Origin: Nitrosopumilus sp.
Lineage (GTDB): Archaea; Thermoproteota; Nitrososphaeria; Nitrososphaerales; Nitrosopumilaceae
Length of the DNA: 64,000 bases
Reading direction: 5' to 3'
Assembly (NCBI GenBank): GCA_965214775.1
Contig: OZ243974.1
Location: forward strand, 1,824,001 to 1,888,000
Positions 31,024 to 40,000 of the stretch are shown piece by piece. The position numbers and the translations under genes are program-made. How positions within the stretch are numbered: position 1 is the stretch's first letter; each line of letters begins with the position of its first letter. Below the pieces are notes generated by a model. The model was not told the DNA's origin. It ran no database searches and saw nothing but the letters and a program-made list of their open reading frames with translations.

Positions 31024-34000
31024 ATGTGGAGGCGGAGAAGGGGAAGTAGGAGGTGGCCTGCCATAGCTGACACACGGCATCACCCATTCCATCGGGCCCC
31101 GGCAGGAATATCTTCCATACACTTGGTGTTCATTGCGGCCGCCGTCCTGGGCCTTGCCTCCGCCGGTGCCCTGCATGGGGAGGAGGCACATGCGCAGCAA
31201 AGCGAGATCGCAGTAGTCGCCGTCGGCAATATGGGAGATAACAGTACCCTGCTGCTTGACGGTGCCCGCGGCGTGGATACGTTTACGATAGGCAGCAACA
31301 CCTACGCCGCAGTTGTCTCTGAAGGCGACAGTGGCATCCAGATCGTAGACGTCACCGATCCTGCAACCCCGACTGCCGTAGGGAATCTGGAGGATGGCAC
31401 CTCTACGCGGCTTCTTGGCGCCCAAGGCGTGGCCGTCTTTACCATAGGCAGCAACACCTACGCCGTAGTGACCTCCTACGACGTTGACTCCGATAACAGC
31501 GGCATCCAAATTGTGAGCGTCACCGATCCTACAACCCCTACCGCCGTCGGGGATCTGGGTGATGACAACTCTAGGGAGCTTAACGGCGCCCAAGGCGTGG
31601 CCGTCTTTACCATAGGCAGCAACACCTACGCTGCAGTGGCCTCCGTCGCGGACCACGGTCTCCAGCTAGTCGATGTCACCGATCCTACAACCCCTACCGC
31701 CGTCGGGGATCTGGGTGATGGTGGCTCCACGCTACTCAGAGGCGCCTCCGGCGTGGCCGTCTTTACGACAGGCAGCAACACCTACGCCGCAGTGACCTCC
31801 TACAATGAAGACGGCCTCCAGATCGTAGACGTTACCGATCCTACAACCCCTACCGGCGTTGGGAATCTGGGTGATGGTGGCTCCCTGGAGCTTGACGGGC
31901 CTCGTGGTGTGGATGTCTTTACCATAGGCAGCAACACCTACGCCGCAGTGGCCTCCTGGCTTGACGACGGCCTCCAGATCGTAGACGTTACCGATCCTAC
32001 AACCCCTACCGGCGTTGGGAATCTGGGTGATGGTGGCTCCCTGGAGCTTGACGGCGCCTATGGTGTGGATGTCTTTACCATAGGCAGCAACACCTACGCC
32101 GCAGTCGCCTCACACACAGACGACGGCCTCCAGATCGTAGACGTTACCGATCCTACAACCCCTACCGGCGTTGGGAATCTGGGTGATGGTGGCTCCTTGG
32201 AGCTTGACGGCGCCCAAGGCGTGGCCGTCTTTACCATAGGCACCAACACCTACGCCGCAGTCGCCTCAAACACCGATGACGGCCTCCAGCTGGTGAGGCT
32301 GGGTGCTGAGGCAGAGACTCCCAACAGCCCGCCTGTGGCACCTGCTACGACGGCCACCACTGCAGAGGATACGCCCGTTACCATAACGCCTGCAATATCG
32401 GATCCCGACACATCGGACACACCGGTGATATCGGCAGTCGATAACCCGCCCAACGGGACTGCCACACATGACGATGATACCATAACCTACACTCCCGATA
32501 CAGACTATGACGGTACGGACGCCTTTACATACACGGTATCTGACGGAACGGACACGGCGCAGGGCACGATAACTGTAACTATAACGCGCGACAACAACGA
32601 CCCCGTCCTCGGTACGATAGGAGACCAGAACGCGACGCCAGACACACAGCTGAGTATAACGCCCACGGTAACTGATGCCGACACAACTGACACGCACAGG
32701 TATTCGATATCGCGCGGCACGCTACCGGCAGCTGCCGCATTCAATACCTCTGATGGTAGCATCACCTGGACGCCTGTTCAGTCAGATGCCGGGCAGACCC
32801 ACACGGTCACCATAACGGTAAGTGACGGCCGCGGCGGCACCGACTCGCAGACCTTTGATATCACCGTGGCCTCCTTGAATGTGATCGAGGTGGCCCCCGT
32901 AGGAAATCTCAAGGATGGCGGCTCCCTACTGCTTGATACGTCCACAAGCGTGGCCGTCTTTGAAATAACCGATGGCGGGAACACCAACACCTACGCCGCA
33001 GTGACCTCCTTTGCCGACAACGGCCTCCAGATTGTGGACGTCACGAACCCGGCCCAGCCGAGGGCAGTCGGAAACCTGGAAGACACCGAGCCTGCAAACC
33101 CGGGTGAGGACGAACTGCTGCTTGACGGTGCCTTTGGCGTAGACGTCTTCACGACAGGCGGCAAGACATATGCTGCAGTCGCATCCTCCAATGACGGCGG
33201 CCTCCAGATTGTGGACGTCACTGACCCCGCCAGTCCCGCCGCCGCAGGAAGCCTAGCCGATAACAACACCCTGCTGCTTGACGGCGCCTCCCGCGTGAAG
33301 GTCTTCACGATAGGCGCCAACACCTACGCCGCAGTCACCTCCTCCTTTGCCGACAGCGGCCTCCAGATTGTGGACGTCACCGACCCGTCCGCCCCGGCAG
33401 CCGCCGGAAACCTGGAGGACGACAACGACCTGCTGCTTGCCGACACCCAATACGTAGACATCTTTGAAACAAACAGCAGAACCTACGCCGCAGTGGCCTC
33501 CGAATCAGACGACGGCCTCCAGATTGTGGACGTCACCGACCCATCCGCCCCGGCAGCCGCCGGAAACCTAGAGGATGACGGCTCCAGGCTGCTTGACAGC
33601 GCCCACGGCGTGGATGTCTTTACGATTGGACAAAGAACATACGCGGCGGTGACAAGTGGCGGTGACGACGGCCTCCAGATTGTGGACATCACCAACCCGT
33701 CCGCCCCGGCAGCCGCCGGAAACCTGGAGGATGACAACTCCCTGAAGCTTGGAAACGCCTATGGAGTGGACGTCTTTACGATAGGCGCCAACACCTACGC
33801 CATAGTCGCATCCTTTGCCGACGACGGCCTCCAGATTGCAGACATAACCGATCCCGACAATCCGAAAGCGGCCGGGCAGCTGGAGGACACCAGCGATCTG
33901 TTGCTTGCTACCGCCTTTGACGTGGACGTCTTTACAATAAATGCCGCCACCTATGCGGTGGCAACAGCCAGGGACGACCATGGAATCCAGATAGTGAGGC

Positions 34001-37000
34001 TGGATGCGGCAGATGCCACAAACGCCCCGCCGGTGGCACCCGCCGAGACGGCTACCACGCCAGAGGACACACCCGTGACCATAACGCCTGCCATTTCGGA
34101 TCCCAACGTATCGGACACACCGGTAATATCGGCAGTCGATGATCCGCCAAACGGGACTGCCACACATGATGATACTACGATAACGTATACGCCTGATCAG
34201 GACTATAACGGAACAGATACCTTCGGATATACGGTATCTGATGGAACAGACACGACACAGGGCACGATAACTGTAACCGTAACGCGCGACAACAATAACC
34301 CCGTCCTAGAGAAAATAGGCAAGCAAACCGTGGTGGCCGGTGCACAGCTGAGCATAACGCCCACGGTGACTGACGCCGATCCGACCGATACGCACACGTA
34401 TTCCATTCGGATCAAGGATGGCACGCTTCCAGTATCTGCAATATTCACGTCATCTGACGGGAGCCTCGTCTGGACGCCGGCTCCGTCCGATGCAGGAACC
34501 TACAAGGTTACCATAACCGTAGATGACGGCCGCGGAGGCAGAGGCTTGACGGGCTTTGACATAACAGTGACCCCCGCGGATCCGATCGCGGTTACCCCCG
34601 TCGGGAGTCTGGGGGATAACAGTACCCTGCTGCTCGGTGGCCCCAGAAGTGTGAGCGTCTTTGAGATAGGCGGCAGTACATATGCCGCAGTGACTGCCGG
34701 GGCCGACGATGGCCTCCAGCTAGTCGACGTCACCAACCCTGCCAGTCCGGCGCCAGTCGGGCAGCTTGCAGACACCGAACCGGACGGACTGCTGCTCAAC
34801 GGAGCCTACAATGCGGCCGTCTTTACCGTGGGTGCCAGCACCTACGCCGCAGTAGTAGGCAACCTAGACCACGGCCTCCAGATCGTGGACGTGACAGATC
34901 CTACCAGCCCGGAGGAGGCAGGACAGCTTGCCGACGACGAGGATCCCGGTGACGAGCTGCTGTTCCGCGGACCCAGGGGCGTGGACACCTTTACGGCGGG
35001 CAGTGACACCTATGCGGTGGTGACAGGCGGCTCGGACAACGGCATCCAGATAATCGACATCACCGATCCAGACAGTCCGGTCGCCGCAGGAAAGATGCGC
35101 GATAACGGCTCCAGACTGCTTGAAGGCACCTACGACGTGGCCGTCTTTGAGATAGGCGCCAAGACCTACGCCGTCGTGGCCTCCTATGGCGAGGACGGCA
35201 TCCAGATAATCGACATCTCCAATCCAGACGGTCCGACTACGGCCGGCAGTCTGAAAGATGGGGGCTCCCTGGAGCTTGACGGCGCCAGAGGAGTGGCCGT
35301 CTTTGAGATAGGCGCCAACACCTACGCCGCAGTGGCCTCCATTGAGGACGACGGCATCCAGATAATCGACATCTCCAATCCCGCCAGTCCGGTAGCGGCC
35401 GGGAAGCTGGCCGATGGGGGCTCTAGGGAGCTTGACGGCGCCGTCGACGTGGACGTCTTTACCATGGGCACCAGCACCTACGCCGTGGTAGCCTCCGCCA
35501 ACGACGACGGCATCCAGATCGTGGATGTCTCCAATCCCGCCAGTCCGACTGCGGCCGGGAAGCTGAGCAGGGGCTCCCTGGAGCTTGACGGCGCCACCGG
35601 CGTGGACGTCTTTGAGATAGGCACCAGCACCTACGCCGTGGTGGCCTCCCGTACAGACAACGGCATCCAGATCGTGGAGCTCTCAGTCGTAGACGACACA
35701 AGGCCCGAGTTTGCATCAGCTACGCTAGACGGCAACACTGGCGCCATAACCATTACATTCAGCGAGACAGTAGACATCTCTGAGACCGACCTGTCCCAGA
35801 TGTACGTCAGTGATACAAACGAGACAAACACCGTCTCACTGGCCGGCGCCGACTTTGATGATGCCGCGGCCGATTCGGATACCATACAAATAGATCTTGC
35901 AAGCTCACAACGGACAGCGATCGATCTGATGACGACCCCGCAGCTCGACATCGCCGCAGGTGCCGTATCTGACCTGTCTAGAAACCTGATAGATGCCGCG
36001 GCCGACAACACGATCACGACGGCCAGCCCGGACAGCCCGATACCCTCCGGAAGGCTGCCTGACAGTGCAAGTCTGATACTTGAAAAGTCCCGCAGCGTGG
36101 ATACCTTTACAATAGGAAGCAATGTCTACGCCGTCTCCGTCTCCAGCACCGAGGACGGATTCCAGATTGTCGACATCAGCAGGCCCGACAAACCCAGGGG
36201 TCTCGGCAATCTGGTAGATTCTAACCTGCCCCAACGGCTGCTTGACGGCGCCCGCGGCGTGGCAACCTTCACTGCAGGCAGCAACACCTACGCGGCAATA
36301 GCCTCCCATGCCGACGACGGCATCCAGGTATTCAGCGTCTCGGATCTTGCGCATCCGCAGCCTGCCGGAAATCTGGAAGATAACGGCTCCCGCCTGCTTG
36401 ACGGCGCCACCGGCGTAGCCACCTTTACGATAGGCAGCAACACCTACGCGGCAGTCACCTCACAGCACGACGGCGGCCTCCAGCTTGTAAATGTCACCGA
36501 TCCCAGCAGTCTGACGGCACCCGGAAAGCTGGAAGACGGCGGCTCCAGACTGCTTGCTGATACCTCCTCTGTGGACACCTTCAAGAGGGGCGGCTCTACA
36601 TATGCAGTAGTGGCCTCGTGGGGAGATGACGGCCTTGAGATCATAGACGTCAGCAACCCGTCCAGTCCTGCAGAGACGGGACGGCTGGCAGACGACAGTG
36701 ACATGCTACTCAAGGGAATCCGCGCCGTGGATGCCTTCGAGGCGGGAGGCTCTGCATACGTGGCAGTGGCGTCACATGGTGAAAACGGCCTCCAGATCGT
36801 GGACGTCTCGGATCCTGCCAATCCGTCACCTGCCGGAAAGCTGGCAGACGGCGGCGACCGGCTGCTTGGCGGGGCCAGCGGCGTGGAGATATTCTGGGTG
36901 GGTCAGGCAATCTACGCCGCAGTGGCCTCCCAGTCTGATGACGGCCTCCAGATCGTGGACGTCTCGGATCCGGATAATCCTGCAGAGGCCGGATCCCTGA

Positions 37001-40000
37001 GGGACGGCCCGAGACTATCGCTTGATGCGGCCCGAGATCTGTCCGTGTTCACCCGCGGTGGGGCCCAGTACGCCGTGGTGGCCTCTGACACGGAGGGCCT
37101 CCAGATTGTAAAGCTTGCAGAGAGCACAAGGCCCGCCTTTGCATCTGCGATCCTTGACGGGAACACGGGGGCCATGACTATCACGTTTGCCGATGTCATA
37201 GATGTCTCTGAGACAGACCTGTCAAAGCTGTACATCAGCGATATAAACGAGACAAACGCCGTCTCGCTGGCCGGCGCCGGCTTTGACGACGCTGCGGCCG
37301 ACTCCGATACCATACGGCTGAGGCTCACCGGACCTCAACTGGCAGGAATCGCCCCAATCGTGACTGTACAGCTGGACATAGCAGCAGACGCCGTATCGGA
37401 CCTGTCCGGAGGCCATATCAGGGATTCACCGGACAACCCGATTACGACGGCCAGCCCGGACAGCCCGATCCCCTCCGGAATGCTGCCCGACAATGCCCAG
37501 CTGCTTCTTGGCGGCGCCTACGGCGTGGATGTCTTCACTGAAGACGGCAAGACCTACGCGGCAGTGGCCTCCAGCGATGAGAACGGCCTCCAGATAATAG
37601 ATATAACCGATCCCGACAATCCGACAGCGGCCGGACGGCTTGCAGATGCCACCGACCTGCTGCTTGACGGGGCCAACGCCGTGGCCGCCTTTAGAATAGA
37701 CTCGAATACCTACGCCGCCGTGCCCTCCGGCAGCGAGGGCGGCCTCCAGATTGTAGATATAACCGATCCCGACAATCCGACAGCGGCCGGGAATCTTGAA
37801 GACACCGAGCCTGCAAACCCGGGTGAGGACGAGCTGCTGCTTGGTGGAGCCGGCGGAGTGGAGATATTCCAAGTGGGATCTGACGTCTACGCCGCAGTGA
37901 CATCCAACACCGAGGGCGGCCTCCAGATTGTAGATATAACCGATCCCGACAATCCGACAGCGGCCGGACAGCTTGCAGATGCCAACGACCTGCTGCTTGA
38001 CGCCCCCCTCGGCGTGGATGTCTTTCCGATAGGCGGCAAGATCTACGCGACTATGACATCGACATCCAACGGCAAGGCCGGCCTCCAGATAATAGATATA
38101 ACCGATCCCGACAATCCGACAGCGGCCGGGCAGCTTGCAGATGCCAACAACCTGCTGCTTGAGGGAACCATTGGCGTGGATGTCTTTACGATAGGCACCA
38201 AGACCTATGCCGCAGTGTCCTCCGTTGTTGAACACGGCCTCCAGATAATAGACGTCTCTGATCCCGACAATCCGGCAGCGGCAGGACGTCTTGCAGACAC
38301 CACCGACCTGCTGCTTAGAAACGCCCAAGGCGTGGATATCTTTACGACAGAAGATGGCACCTACGCGGCCGTCACCTCCGAATTCGGCGGCCTCCAGATA
38401 ATAGACGTCTCTGATCCCGACAATCCGGCAGCGGCAGGACAGATTGCAGATGATACCGACCTGCTGCTTAGAGTCACCTACGACGTGGCCGTGTTCCTGA
38501 ACGGCGGGGACACGTATGCAGTGGTGACAACCGACATGGAGGGCCTTCAGATTGTAAAGCTTGCAGAGGTTACAGACGCGACCCACAACAGCGCCCCCGT
38601 CCTGGGTACGATAGGCGACCAGAACGCGATGCCAGACACACAGCTGACCATAACGCCTACCGTAACTGACGCCGACACAACTGACACGCACACTTATTCG
38701 ATATCGCGCGGCACACTGCCGGCAGCTGCCGTATTCAACACCTCTGATGGTAGCATCACCTGGACGCCCGTACAGGCCGATGCAGGACAGACCCACACGG
38801 TCACCATAACGGTAAATGACGGCCGCGGCGGCACCGACTCGCAAACCTTTGACATAGTCGTGGCAGAGACACCCAACAATCCGCCGGTGGCACCAAACGA
38901 GACGGCAACCACCGCAGAGGACACGCCCGTTACCATAACGCCTGTAATATCGGATCCAGACACATCGGACACACCTGTAATATCGGCAGTAGAGAACCCG
39001 CCAAACGGGACTGCCACCCATGATGATGATACGATAACGTATACGCCTGATCAGGACTATGACGGTACGGACACGTTCGGATATACGGTATCTGATGGAA
39101 CAGACACGGCGCAGGGAACCGTAACGGTAACCGTAACGCGCGACAACAGCGCCCCCGTAATGGGTACAATAGGCGACCAGAACGCGACGCCCGGCATACA
39201 GCTGGTCATAACGCCCACGGTAACTGACGATGATCCGACTGACACGCACACGTATTCCATATCGCGCGGCACGCTGCCGGCAGCTGCCGTATTTACCACC
39301 TCTGGCGGCACCCTCATCTGGACGCCCGTGCAGGCCGACGCAGGACAGACACACACGGTCACCATAACCGTAGATGACAGCCGCGGCGGCACCAACTCGC
39401 AAACCTTTGACATAGTCGTGGCCGACATGGACACCTCTGAAATCACGCTTACCCCCGTCGGGAATCTGAATGATACCGGCTCCAGAGAACTTGACGACGC
39501 CCAAGGCGTGGCCGTCTTTGCGATCGGGCAGAACACATACGCTGCAGTCGCCGCATCCCGGGACGACGGCCTCCAGATTATTAACATCACAGATCCATCC
39601 AATCCGACAGCTGCCGACAGCCTGGGGGATAACAACACCCTGCTGCTTGGTGGCGCCAGCAGCGTGGACATATTTGCTATAGGGGCTAACACCTACGCCG
39701 CAGTGGCCTCCTCCGCCGATGACGGCCTCCAGATTATCGATGTCACAAACCCTTCCAGTCTTGTGGCAGTCGGGAATCTGGAAGATACCATAGATGAGGT
39801 GGGGGACATTCCGATAGAAGGATTTTTGCTTGACGGCGCCAGCAGCGTGGACATCTTTACAATAAACGGCAGCACCTACGCCGCAGTGGCCTCCTCCGCC
39901 GATGACGGCCTCCAGATTATCGATGTCACAAACCCTGCCAGCCCTGACGCTGCCGGCAGCCTGGGGGATAACAGCACCCTGCGGCTTGACGGCGCCAACG

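Noticed and set aside
30637-31066. ORFs upstream of or overlapping the giant gene start
   Set aside because: Low-complexity G-rich sequence without recognisable domains
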